Source: Candidatus Kerfeldbacteria bacterium
GTDB lineage: Bacteria > Patescibacteriota > Patescibacteriia > UBA9570 > XYC2-FULL-38-9
Assembly (NCBI GenBank): GCA_043813585.1
Contig: JBDRKW010000005.1
Span: 3,409 to 67,408, forward strand
Direction of reading: 5' to 3'
Length of the DNA stretch: 64,000 nucleotides
The notes under the pieces were generated by a model. The model saw only the letters and a list, made by a program, of their open reading frames with translations. It did not search any database and had not been told where the DNA came from. Of this stretch, positions 46,051 to 54,875 are shown in pieces (the first letter of the stretch is position 1; every line of letters begins with the position of its first letter). The position numbers were made by a program, and so were the translations under genes.

Positions 46051-46124
46051 GACAGGGTAGCTCAGCTGGTTAGAGCACGGGACTCATAAGCCCGGGGTCG
46101 AGAGTTCGAATCTCTCCCCTGTCA
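46051..46124 (+). tRNA. tRNA with CAU anticodon (elongator Met or lysidine-modified Ile2); CCA not encoded
   Basis: Cloverleaf: acceptor GACAGGG/CCCTGTC (G1-C72, so not the initiator), D-stem GCTC/GAGC, anticodon loop CTCATAA, T-arm GAGAG-TTCGAAT-CTCTC. Confidence 0.8.
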
Positions 46125-46249
46125 CATTACTAAAAAAAAGAACCTGCGGCCGCACCCTTCACATTGGCGTGAGGGGCGGGAGTTGCCACGCAAAGAGCGC
46201 AGCCGCAGGATCGGGAGGCCTCGTCCGCCAGTCGGGGACGGGCCAATTC

Positions 46250-46642
46250 TCAGTTCAGGCAGTACCTCTCGTACGCCTTGTTGTCTTCCTCGTGGTCGTA
46301 GAGGCCCTCGTCGTAGTACTGTGCCTCGTACCCGCACCGCAGCTCGCAGATGTCGTTCCAGTAGAGCTGGCAGTAGTCGTCCCACACCAGCTCCGGGTTG
46401 CCCATGGCGTCGGTGCCAGAGCACTCGAACACCTCGTACACGGCGGGGTCGTAATCGTCCCGGTCGTAGGTGGCCGGAACCCCGTCGTCGTCGATGTCGA
46501 CCTGGTCGCACACCAGACCGTTGGCCTGCCCGATCTCGCACGGGAAGTACCAACTGTCCTGGTCGCAGGGGTTCAGTGTTGCCGGGCCGCAGCCGAGCGA
46601 AGCCTGCATCAGCAGAAGCGCGAAAGCAATAAGCTGCCGCAT
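46250..46642 (-). CDS. Small secreted Cys-rich, Asp/Tyr-rich protein, GC/GC3-rich (candidate acquired gene D)
   Basis: Signal peptide MRQLIAFALLLMQASLG. 10 Cys in 130 aa, with many D/E/Y. Sits in a GC-rich block about 15 nt from the tRNA 3' end. Confidence 0.45.
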   Translation of the reverse strand: MRQLIAFALLLMQASLGCGPATLNPCDQDSWYFPCEIGQANGLVCDQVDIDDDGVPATYDRDDYDPAVYEVFECSGTDAMGNPELVWDDYCQLYWNDICELRCGYEAQYYDEGLYDHEEDNKAYERYCLN

Positions 46643-46734
46643 GGTTTATCCTCCTGGTTGCAAAGACCTGGGCGTGCATTGCCGCATGCACCGCACCCGC
46701 TTTTTGACTGTGACGCGGCTGGGTAACGTATGAT

Positions 46735-46768
46735 AAAAAAGCCGCGCTGTCAAGGCGCGGCTTTTTTT
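46735..46768. terminator. Bidirectional terminator (A6-gccgcgc-tgtcaag-gcgcggc-T7)
   Basis: A perfect 7-bp GC stem flanked by an A-run and a T-run. Confidence 0.6.
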
Positions 46769-46775
46769 CATCTCG

Positions 46776-47951
46776 TTATTTTTTCCCTCCAAGCGGTTCC
46801 TCCTCAATAAGTTCATAGTCCTGGTACCAGCCCTTCATGTCAGATTTCTCGCCCCTTGGAAGGCGGCGGAAGCGTTTTCTCGTGCTTTCCCTAAAACTCT
46901 CTTCAGTTACAAATGAATCCAGATCGTCATCACCTTTATATTCATATTCAATCCTATAGCTGCGTTCGCCGTTAAAGGTGCGTTCAGATTTGGTCACGCG
47001 GCCTGCCGCATCGTGCATATACCTGTACTGGTCATCAATGGTATGATCGCCGGTTGTATCTATTTCCCTCTTATACGTTACCCGGCCACCGCTGTCATAC
47101 TCCCATTGTTTCTGAACCCTTTTCCTCTCTTTTTTTGTTTGACTCTCAAGTGTTCCGTCAGGGCCTCGCGTCTGCAGGACTTCAACGTACGCGGTGTCAT
47201 GTTTGACCGGCCGGCCGTATTCACTATTTTTATCTTCCTTGATAATGCCGGTTACTTCCCTGTCCGGGTTTTCTTTCATTGATTCCCGGCCTTTGAATAA
47301 CGTGGTTTCAGCAGTCACGGTTGATTTGTCCGGATCCTCCGGATCGTAGGTGTACTTTGCCCGCGTTTCGAGCCGTTTACCTTCCATTTGGCCCAAATAG
47401 CTGAATTTGTCCTCTGCGACGCGCGACGTGAATTCTGTCGCCGGACGGTTTTTTTCATCATAGGAGATCTCCTTCACTGCCGTTTCCTGAAGCGATCCGT
47501 TTGAATATTTTTTTTCTATGGTCGCTTTTGGGAGCTGGCCCGGCTCAACCTGCTCGTACTGGTATTCCGTGTCTGTAAACATCCCTTCTCCTCCGACGGT
47601 GACTTCGCGCAACACAACGCCGTTCGGCGCCTCGCGCCGGTACTCCCTAACTTTGCCTGAGCCCGTTTCGAATGTTGTCCTGCTGACCCCTACCAACTTG
47701 CCGTCGACAACAGTCTGAACACGCTGTTCGCTGCTGATGGAGTCCATTTTCTGGTGCGTAATAATTTCTTGCGCAACGACCTTGCCACTTTTATCCGTAA
47801 CATCATTTGTTTCGTGTTTTTTTCCGCTAAGGAAATCAAACATCCGCGGCTGTTCAGGCGTGCCCGGTTTGACCTGGCCCTCCCGTTCATGCTTCGTGGG
47901 CGCCAGCGCGCTTGGAGGAAAGCTTTTCATTCTCGGCTCTCTTGTTGCCAT
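46776..47951 (-). CDS. Hydrophilic repeat protein with YD/Rhs-like repeats; no signal peptide
   Basis: GRVTYKREIDTTGDHTIDDQYRYMHDAAGRVTKSERTFNGERSYRIEYEY resembles YD-repeat units (xYxYDxxGR). Confidence 0.35.
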   Translation of the reverse strand: MATREPRMKSFPPSALAPTKHEREGQVKPGTPEQPRMFDFLSGKKHETNDVTDKSGKVVAQEIITHQKMDSISSEQRVQTVVDGKLVGVSRTTFETGSGKVREYRREAPNGVVLREVTVGGEGMFTDTEYQYEQVEPGQLPKATIEKKYSNGSLQETAVKEISYDEKNRPATEFTSRVAEDKFSYLGQMEGKRLETRAKYTYDPEDPDKSTVTAETTLFKGRESMKENPDREVTGIIKEDKNSEYGRPVKHDTAYVEVLQTRGPDGTLESQTKKERKRVQKQWEYDSGGRVTYKREIDTTGDHTIDDQYRYMHDAAGRVTKSERTFNGERSYRIEYEYKGDDDLDSFVTEESFRESTRKRFRRLPRGEKSDMKGWYQDYELIEEEPLGGKK

Positions 47952-47978
47952 ATAGTTGAATATTAAGATTAGGTGAAA

Positions 47979-48164
47979 TTAACCCTCCCTATTGATATAT
48001 CGGCAGATGCATTCTGACTGCGGGAGCAGGCACTCTGGGCATTGGGGAACCATGAGCATCCCGCAATTCGGACAGGCCGTCTCTTTTGCCGTCCCTTGAT
48101 AGCGGCAACTTAAACAGATAGTTGAAGTCGTTTCTTGTTTATTTGTTGCCGGCGTTGTTCGCAT
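47979..48164 (-). CDS. Small zinc-ribbon protein (61 aa; CxxC...CxxC...CxxC...CxC)
   Basis: Start reset to MRTTP, downstream of a TTGACT-17-TACAGT promoter (complement 48184-48212). Confidence 0.4.
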   Translation of the reverse strand: MRTTPATNKQETTSTICLSCRYQGTAKETACPNCGMLMVPQCPECLLPQSECICRYINREG

Positions 48165-48245
48165 TGATGCATTGTACTTATTTACTGTACCAAAAAAGCA
48201 GGTAAAAGTCAAGAATTACCCGTAAAAAATGAGGCCTAGCTTATG

Positions 48246-51200
48246 CTATCCGCGTGCGCGGTCGCCGACTTTTTTACACCGACTCAGGATAATTTCAGCC
48301 CACGACAGGAATACCGGAAGGATGATCAGCGTTCCCGCGGTCGCGCAGATAAGCCCGGCAATCAGGGCAGTGCCAAGCCCGCGCCAGAATGGATCCATAA
48401 TGGTGAGCGGCAGGATGCCGAATACGGTTGTAATGGAGGTGGAGAGAATTGGTTTGAAGCGCGCGCGTCCTGTTTCCACCAGGTCCTGCGCCATGGTCTT
48501 CAACCCTTTACCCTTGATGCGGTTGTAATAGTCCATGAACACAATCGCGTCATTCACCACAATGCCAACCAGTGCGATAATCCCGAGCCCTGAAACCATA
48601 TTAATCGAACTGCCGATGTAATACAGCGCCGGGAAGACGCCGATCATCGCAAGCGGCACCGCAAGCATGATCAGGCCCGGCTGCAGGAAGGAGTTGAACT
48701 GGTACACGAGGATCAAGTACACAGCTATCACGGCAATGATGAAGACAATTACGAGATTATCAAAGCTTTCGTTAATGGATGCGGTGAAGCCGCCGTATGC
48801 AATATCGTCAGCAGACAGGTTGAACTGTTCCAGGTGCCCGTCATTCAGGTACTCTTTAATATCACTTTCAACAACCGCAGCATCCGTGTTCTCGTCGACC
48901 TTCACCCGTACGGCAACCATGCGCAGCTGGTTTAAGCGTGAGATGGAACGCAGCGTCTGCTCGGTGCGGACATCCGCGATATCCTGCACTGTAACAAGCT
49001 CCGGCGGAAAGCCGCCGGCAACGCCGACAACCAGTCCGTTAATGTCGTCAACGGATGTTTTCGAATCTTCCGAATACTCGACAATAATGTCATCAGAGAC
49101 GCCGTCGTCGCGCACCACAATCGATCCGACCGTCTGCTTGCTGAAGACGCTGTTGATCACCGCGCTTGCCACAAACGGATCAACGCCTTTTTCTTCGAGC
49201 GCCTCGCTGTCGAGATCCACCGTTATGCCTTCAACCGCGTCATCCTCAGAACTTACCGCGACTTCCGTAACCCCCTCCTTTGAAAGCGCCCATTCCTTCA
49301 GGTCGGCGGCCGCTTCATCAAGGCCTTCGAAATGCTGGCCGCGCATCTCAATAACTACATCGTATTCTTCTTCCGGAGGCCCAATTCCAAGTGGGCTGGT
49401 TTTAACGGCCACGCCTTCCTTGTCCAGGAGTTTTTGCTCGTTGGCCACCAGCCGGTCCATCTCTTCGACGATTGTGAAGACATCATCGCCTTCCGCGCGT
49501 TCATTTGGATCTTCAAGGATAACCAGGAACTGCCCTTCAAACTGGTAATAGCTTTTAAAATACGGGGTTTTGACCGTCTGCGCCATGACCTTGCTGACAA
49601 TATCGGATTGCTTTTCAAAGCTCAATGTTGCAGGGAACTTAAAGTTCACGGAAACAATATTGCCGTCGTCTGTCGGCAGCAGCAGGATTTCACTGCGGAC
49701 TGCGTATGCGCCGATGCTCACGCCCAGCAGTACGACAGCGGCCACCACAACAGTGATTTTCTTCCAGAGGTTGCTGTAGACGGATGCCATCATCCGGGCA
49801 TAGTGCTCTTCAAGCAAGTCGATGCTGCGTTGTCCGTAGTGCACGATTGCCGGCAGCACGGTCACCATTTGCCATATGGGGAGCTTCTTGCTCAGGCGCT
49901 GTTCCTTTGTCTGTTCCTTCAGGAGCAACCGCGCCATCACCGGCATGACCGTAATCGCCAGTAGGTACGACACGACCAGCATGATGATAATGGTAATCGG
50001 AACATACTTGAGGAACTCGCCGATCAATCCGCCGATCATCGCAAACGGGATGAACGCAACAATCGTCGTCAGCGTTGCAGTCGTAATCGCCGGCCCGTAA
50101 TTCTTCACCGTTTCAATGACTGCTTCGCGCTTTTTCTTGCCTGCATCAAGCGCATGGTTCACGCCTTCCCCGATGACAATGGCGTTATCGACGAGAATAC
50201 CAAGCACCAACAACAACCCGAACAGCGTCATGATGTTGATGGTGAAGCCGATGAAGTAGAGGACGCCCAGCGTCGCAAGGAACGCGAGCGGGATAATGGT
50301 CGCGACTGCAATGCCGGTGCGCAGGTTGATGAAGAACATTAGAACCACAAGAATCAGAATCAAACCCAGCCATCCGTTATAGAGCAGGTCGCTGATCTGC
50401 TGCTGCGTATATTCGGAATTGTCATAAACGAGCGAAAGCGCCATGCCTTCGGGAAGCGATCCGTCTTCTTCAATCTGCTCAACCTCGCTCTTCAGATCAT
50501 TGGCAATGGTGATAATATCTCCATCGTCCTTTTTCATCACTTCCAGGTACACCGCCTCTTTGGATACCGGGTTTCCGTCACTGTCAATAAAGCCGGCGTA
50601 GCTCAACTGTTCCTGTTCTTTCGGCTCCCGGACGATCTCTGCAATTTCGCTCAAGGCGACGCCGTTGATTTCGATCTCTTTAATATCGTCAAGCGAGCGC
50701 GCCGACGGTTCAATGCTGATCGCAAGCGTCTCGCCCGAGTCATTGGTGATGGAACCTCCGGGCAGCGACGCGATCGCAGACCGGATCGCATCCGTAACCT
50801 GCTGGGACTGGAGGTTGTTGTCATTCATTTTTTCCGCGTCCAGCCGGACAAACACCACAAATTCGTTCTTCGGTGCGATGTCAATCCTTTTTACGTCATC
50901 TGATGCGTTCAGCAGCCGTTCGCGGAGCTGTTCCGCTTCCGCGAGGATCTTCGCCTTGTCAGCGCCGCCGTTTGAAAGGGCATACACCACGGATGGCCCG
51001 GCGACGTCGTAGATTTTCGCTGTCGTTTCCACATCAGCCGGCAACCCTGCCTGCGCGATCATATCTTCAATATTGGATACAATCTCCTTCTGGTTGTTGA
51101 AATCATCCAGCTCGATGAAGAGGGAGGCAAAGTTGTTGGAAGCGCTCGACCGGATGAGCTTGACGCCCTCAACATCAGTGATCAGCTGTTCGACCGGCGC

Positions 51201-51413
51201 CAAGATCTCCTGCTCAACATCTTCTGCGGACGCGCCGGGATAGATCGACTGGACAAAGACATAATTGGATTGAATCGGCGGGAAATCCTGCCGCTGGTTG
51301 TTTAAAACGCCCCAGATGCCGGCAATCGAAATGGCAATAATAAGGAGAACTGTCGTCTTGTATCTGGTGATGAAGAATGACGACCATTTTGCGAAAAATC
51401 CTTTCAGTTCCAT
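48246..51413 (-). CDS. RND superfamily efflux transporter (AcrB-like, 12 TM)
   Basis: 1055 aa. Two large periplasmic loops. A conserved TM4-like region is also present. Confidence 0.8.
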   Translation of the reverse strand: MELKGFFAKWSSFFITRYKTTVLLIIAISIAGIWGVLNNQRQDFPPIQSNYVFVQSIYPGASAEDVEQEILAPVEQLITDVEGVKLIRSSASNNFASLFIELDDFNNQKEIVSNIEDMIAQAGLPADVETTAKIYDVAGPSVVYALSNGGADKAKILAEAEQLRERLLNASDDVKRIDIAPKNEFVVFVRLDAEKMNDNNLQSQQVTDAIRSAIASLPGGSITNDSGETLAISIEPSARSLDDIKEIEINGVALSEIAEIVREPKEQEQLSYAGFIDSDGNPVSKEAVYLEVMKKDDGDIITIANDLKSEVEQIEEDGSLPEGMALSLVYDNSEYTQQQISDLLYNGWLGLILILVVLMFFINLRTGIAVATIIPLAFLATLGVLYFIGFTINIMTLFGLLLVLGILVDNAIVIGEGVNHALDAGKKKREAVIETVKNYGPAITTATLTTIVAFIPFAMIGGLIGEFLKYVPITIIIMLVVSYLLAITVMPVMARLLLKEQTKEQRLSKKLPIWQMVTVLPAIVHYGQRSIDLLEEHYARMMASVYSNLWKKITVVVAAVVLLGVSIGAYAVRSEILLLPTDDGNIVSVNFKFPATLSFEKQSDIVSKVMAQTVKTPYFKSYYQFEGQFLVILEDPNERAEGDDVFTIVEEMDRLVANEQKLLDKEGVAVKTSPLGIGPPEEEYDVVIEMRGQHFEGLDEAAADLKEWALSKEGVTEVAVSSEDDAVEGITVDLDSEALEEKGVDPFVASAVINSVFSKQTVGSIVVRDDGVSDDIIVEYSEDSKTSVDDINGLVVGVAGGFPPELVTVQDIADVRTEQTLRSISRLNQLRMVAVRVKVDENTDAAVVESDIKEYLNDGHLEQFNLSADDIAYGGFTASINESFDNLVIVFIIAVIAVYLILVYQFNSFLQPGLIMLAVPLAMIGVFPALYYIGSSINMVSGLGIIALVGIVVNDAIVFMDYYNRIKGKGLKTMAQDLVETGRARFKPILSTSITTVFGILPLTIMDPFWRGLGTALIAGLICATAGTLIILPVFLSWAEIILSRCKKVGDRARG

Positions 51414-51451
51414 AGAGTGAATATTATATGTAAAACTGAACTAGTATAGTC

Positions 51452-51486
51452 ATGCCCGACGAAAAAAGCAAGGCGCGCGACCCTGC
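51452..51486. terminator. Bidirectional terminator (A6-gcaggg-tcgcgcg-ccttgc-T6)
   Basis: An imperfect stem with a T-run on both strands. Separates the 163-aa gene from the RND gene. Confidence 0.45.
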
Positions 51487-51506
51487 TTTTTTGCAATAGA
51501 AACCGG

Positions 51507-51998
51507 TTATATTGTTTTCTTCTTGGCAATCATTTTTATGATGATGCTGACGATCAATGCCGACAGGTAGAACAGCGCGCCGTAGAAACACGGGGTCGAG
51601 AACGGGTTATCGACAACTACGCCCGAGCAGCCGGCAGTCGGCGCCATGTCGTTCTGCCAGAACTTGTAGAAGCCCCAGCCAAAGTTGCCCCAGGCAAACA
51701 GCGTGCCGGCAAGCAGCAGCCAGAACAGCCGCTTATGCTGCAGCATTTTCTGGTCGAGTTTTTTCCGGAGAATGATTATCGACCAGACAAGGGCGATTAA
51801 AAATGCGATCGCTCCATAGAAACATGGAGTCGCCAGCGGATTCGGAACGATGCAATCGGTGAATTTGAAGAATGACCCTTCATATTGATAGTGGCGCGCG
51901 AAGTCGCCGTAGACGGTGTACCAGGCAAAAATGGTCCCGCCAAGCAGGACAAGCGTTTGCAATGGGTACAATACTTTGAGAGCTTTGGACATATGCAT
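51507..51998 (-). CDS. Membrane protein with internal duplication, each half carrying a conserved Cys pair (..PNPLATPCFYGA.. / ..DNPFSTPCFYGA..)
   Basis: Four TM segments in two homologous halves. No family was recognised. Confidence 0.45.
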   Translation of the reverse strand: MHMSKALKVLYPLQTLVLLGGTIFAWYTVYGDFARHYQYEGSFFKFTDCIVPNPLATPCFYGAIAFLIALVWSIIILRKKLDQKMLQHKRLFWLLLAGTLFAWGNFGWGFYKFWQNDMAPTAGCSGVVVDNPFSTPCFYGALFYLSALIVSIIIKMIAKKKTI

Positions 51999-52019
51999 TA
52001 TTTATTTATTAATGTTTCC

Positions 52020-52913
52020 TTACTGAGCCGTGAAGTCCACGGTGTCAGCATCTTTCCATCCGTCAACAACGTAGTAGGTGTCTTCTGTTTCGGCAGCCGT
52101 CGTTTGTTCTCCGGATTCAATATTGATGATAATCACAACGCCGGCCTCGCCTTCCGGTTCGCCGATCGCCGCTCCGTAGGCGATTTTTGTCCCGTCAGGG
52201 GAAAAGACCGCATCGCCGACCTGGTTGTATTTCTCGTCAACCGGGAATTCCTGTTCCGATTCGTCTTCCAGATTGCGTACGATAACCGAGCGTGAAACGG
52301 TATCCCCAAGATTCACTTTGATATACGCCATCATTGAGCCGTCAGAAGAGATGTCGGCAATAAATCCTTCAACCACTGTTTTTGTGAGTTTGTCTGTGGC
52401 GAAGTTGAGCCGGTACATCGACTCCGGCCCCCAATAGAGGATATACCCGCCTAAGCCGGTCCTGCTCAACCCAATATATACATCCTCGTTTGTCAGCGAC
52501 AGGATAGACACATCCGTTTCACCGTCGGTTTCAAATGTTGCCCGCTCCGTGCCGTCAACCGTAATGGTGAATTCCGTAAACTCTTCATTGCTGGTAAGCC
52601 GGACAAGCGGTTTTTCCGCCGGCACTGTTTCAGAATCCGGCTTTTCTGCATCACCATCAGATTTTTCCTGGCTGCCGTCTTCGTCGCTGTTCTTCGGCGC
52701 TGCATTTACATTTGCGTTTGTGTTCGTTTTTTCGCCAGACCTATTTGTAGCGCCTCTATTCAATGCGGGTTCAGCAGAAACAGTAGGTTCCGGTTCCTGG
52801 AATTCCAGCACCGGCGGGTCCATGGTCTGAAATTCCCAGTACACGACAATACCAGCCAATGCCAATACTGCCACAAGGAACACAATGCTTAAGATAGGCA
52901 CATTTTTTTTCAT
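52020..52913 (-). CDS. Membrane-anchored secreted hypothetical protein (beta-propeller-like C-terminal region)
   Basis: N-terminal TM segment, an Asn/Ser-rich linker and a FSPDGTKIAY PD40-like strand. Confidence 0.4.
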   Translation of the reverse strand: MKKNVPILSIVFLVAVLALAGIVVYWEFQTMDPPVLEFQEPEPTVSAEPALNRGATNRSGEKTNTNANVNAAPKNSDEDGSQEKSDGDAEKPDSETVPAEKPLVRLTSNEEFTEFTITVDGTERATFETDGETDVSILSLTNEDVYIGLSRTGLGGYILYWGPESMYRLNFATDKLTKTVVEGFIADISSDGSMMAYIKVNLGDTVSRSVIVRNLEDESEQEFPVDEKYNQVGDAVFSPDGTKIAYGAAIGEPEGEAGVVIIINIESGEQTTAAETEDTYYVVDGWKDADTVDFTAQ

Positions 52914-53004
52914 ATATTTTTGTTTATGAATGCGATACCGTCATATAGTGTACACGGAACACTTTCGTTGGTAAAGACAGCGCGTTCCATGGTATTATAG
53001 GGGC

Positions 53005-54735
53005 ATGAAACGCCTGATACTCACCGGGTGTGCCCTCCTGCTTCTCATGCTTCTGCCCGCAGGAGCGCATGCAAAAGGAGAGCCCATAAAACAAGCATTC
53101 GGGGCCAATATCCACCTGCGCCAGCGCATTGACGAAAGCGACTGGGACGTTGTGTTGCGTAAAGCGGAAAACGCCGGCGTGCAGTGGGGACGCGAAGAGT
53201 TTTCCTGGGATGTTATTGAGCCCGCGGACAATTCATTTTCCTGGGCCGCCTATGACAGCGTTGTTGACGCCTACGAAGCCCGGGGAATCCGGATGGTGGG
53301 CCTGCTTTCTTACAGTTCATCTTGGGCATCCGACTTGCCGGGGTCCTCGGACTCGGAGTTTTATCCGCCGGACATTAAAGCGTGGAAGGATTATGTCGGC
53401 CGGGCGGCCAAGCGTTATGCGGGACGGGTAGACCACTGGGAAATCTGGAACGAGCCGAACCACGCCGGGTTCTGGAAAGGGTCACTCAGTGAATATGCGA
53501 CGTTATTGGAAGCGGCGTCTGTCGCTATTAAAGAAGAGAATCCAAACGCGAAGATCGTACTCGGCGGACTGTCGGGCGCGGACAGCGACTTTATAGACAA
53601 ACTCTACGACGAGCTGGATAATCCGGATATTATTGATATCGTCGCCATCCATCCCTACCGTGAAAAAAGCGGCAACTTCAACTACGCGCCGGAAGAATCG
53701 CTGACTGGACTGAATTTGCTGATGACGGATTTATATAATGTGAAGGCTGCAGTGGAGCGCAACGACAGCAACTCGACGCCGATCTGGCTGACCGAACTCG
53801 GATGGACGACCTACAAAAACGGCGTAACGGACAAGCGCCAGGCCGCGTTCCTCATGCGCGCGTATGCCATCGCCCTTTCCGTGCCAACTGTTAAGAAGGT
53901 GTTCTGGTATGCGTTGAACGATACCTCATCCGACACGTCGTACGCTGAAGCGCATTTTGGCCTGCTCGACCATGCGAATGCAAGGAAAACGTCATGGCAT
54001 GCCTACAAGTTCATGAGGAGCTACCTGACCAGGGCGCGGTCGAACGGACAGCGCCTGCCGAAGCAGCAGAAGGTTGATGATTTTTCATCCAACAAGGGCT
54101 GGGAGTTTTCCGGAACCGTCTGCACGGACGGGTCGGTCACCGTGCCCTCTGACGGCCGGATGAAGGTTTCGTACGCGTATACGGGGCCTGGCAACTGCTA
54201 CGCGCCGGTTGCGCTGCGGAAGCAGCTGCCGGAACAGTCGAAAGTGCTGCAATTCAAGGCTCGCGGTTCGAGCGACCACACGACGCTTCGCGTGCGCGTT
54301 ACGGACCGGTGGGGTGAAACGTTCCAGTATACGCTTGGCCAGCTTCCTGACCGGTGGCTGCACTACACCATTCAGCTGAACAGTTACAACGACCGGTGGG
54401 GCGGCGATAACGACGGCGCGCTGGATCGGCCGCTGACGTTCAATTCGTTTGTCCTGGATAATAAGGACGGCGCCAAGGAGAGCGGCACCGTTTATTTTGA
54501 CAATCTGTATTCTTCACGCGTTCCCGACACCTACCTGTACAAGTTCCGAAAGAACAGGAGGTCGCGGTATGCGTACTGGACAACCACCAAACCGAAGGCT
54601 CTGGAGCTGAACCTCGCAGGGGACACCGCGATACGCGTCAAACGGCTGCTGAAGTCCAGCATACGGAAGAACAATTCCAACGGATTGTTCCGGGTGCGCG
54701 CAACAAAGATCCTGAAAATAATCCAGGCGCTGTAG
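53005..54735 (+). CDS. Secreted glycoside hydrolase, clan GH-A (GH5/GH39-like) with C-terminal beta-sandwich domains
   Basis: Signal peptide. HWEIWNEPN (acid/base NEP) and IWLTELGWTT (nucleophile). An extended -10 TGgTATTAT ends 6 nt before the ATG. Confidence 0.65.
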   Translation: MKRLILTGCALLLLMLLPAGAHAKGEPIKQAFGANIHLRQRIDESDWDVVLRKAENAGVQWGREEFSWDVIEPADNSFSWAAYDSVVDAYEARGIRMVGLLSYSSSWASDLPGSSDSEFYPPDIKAWKDYVGRAAKRYAGRVDHWEIWNEPNHAGFWKGSLSEYATLLEAASVAIKEENPNAKIVLGGLSGADSDFIDKLYDELDNPDIIDIVAIHPYREKSGNFNYAPEESLTGLNLLMTDLYNVKAAVERNDSNSTPIWLTELGWTTYKNGVTDKRQAAFLMRAYAIALSVPTVKKVFWYALNDTSSDTSYAEAHFGLLDHANARKTSWHAYKFMRSYLTRARSNGQRLPKQQKVDDFSSNKGWEFSGTVCTDGSVTVPSDGRMKVSYAYTGPGNCYAPVALRKQLPEQSKVLQFKARGSSDHTTLRVRVTDRWGETFQYTLGQLPDRWLHYTIQLNSYNDRWGGDNDGALDRPLTFNSFVLDNKDGAKESGTVYFDNLYSSRVPDTYLYKFRKNRRSRYAYWTTTKPKALELNLAGDTAIRVKRLLKSSIRKNNSNGLFRVRATKILKIIQAL

Positions 54736-54770
54736 CGGCGGCTGTTTGCCGGGGGCAGGTTGCAGTCAAA

Positions 54771-54792
54771 CAGGGCAATGCCCTGTTTTTTT
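54771..54792 (+). terminator. Intrinsic terminator (cagggc-aat-gccctg-T7)
   Basis: A perfect hairpin followed by T7. It overlaps the -35 TTGACA (54791-54796) of the PurM-like gene promoter (TACCAT at 54814-54819). Confidence 0.6.
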
Positions 54793-54875
54793 GACACTGC
54801 GCCTTGTTTTCCGTACCATGGTACGGCTCTGTGAAAAAACAACATCTTTCGGGAAACCGGAAAGGAGTCAGGTAG

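Noticed and set aside
46122-46733. ORFs 46122-46691(-), 46169-46726(+), 46183-46632(+) and 46470-46733(+) in islet D
   Set aside because: Arg/Pro-rich junk translations. Only 46250-46642(-) has a signal peptide and coherent composition.
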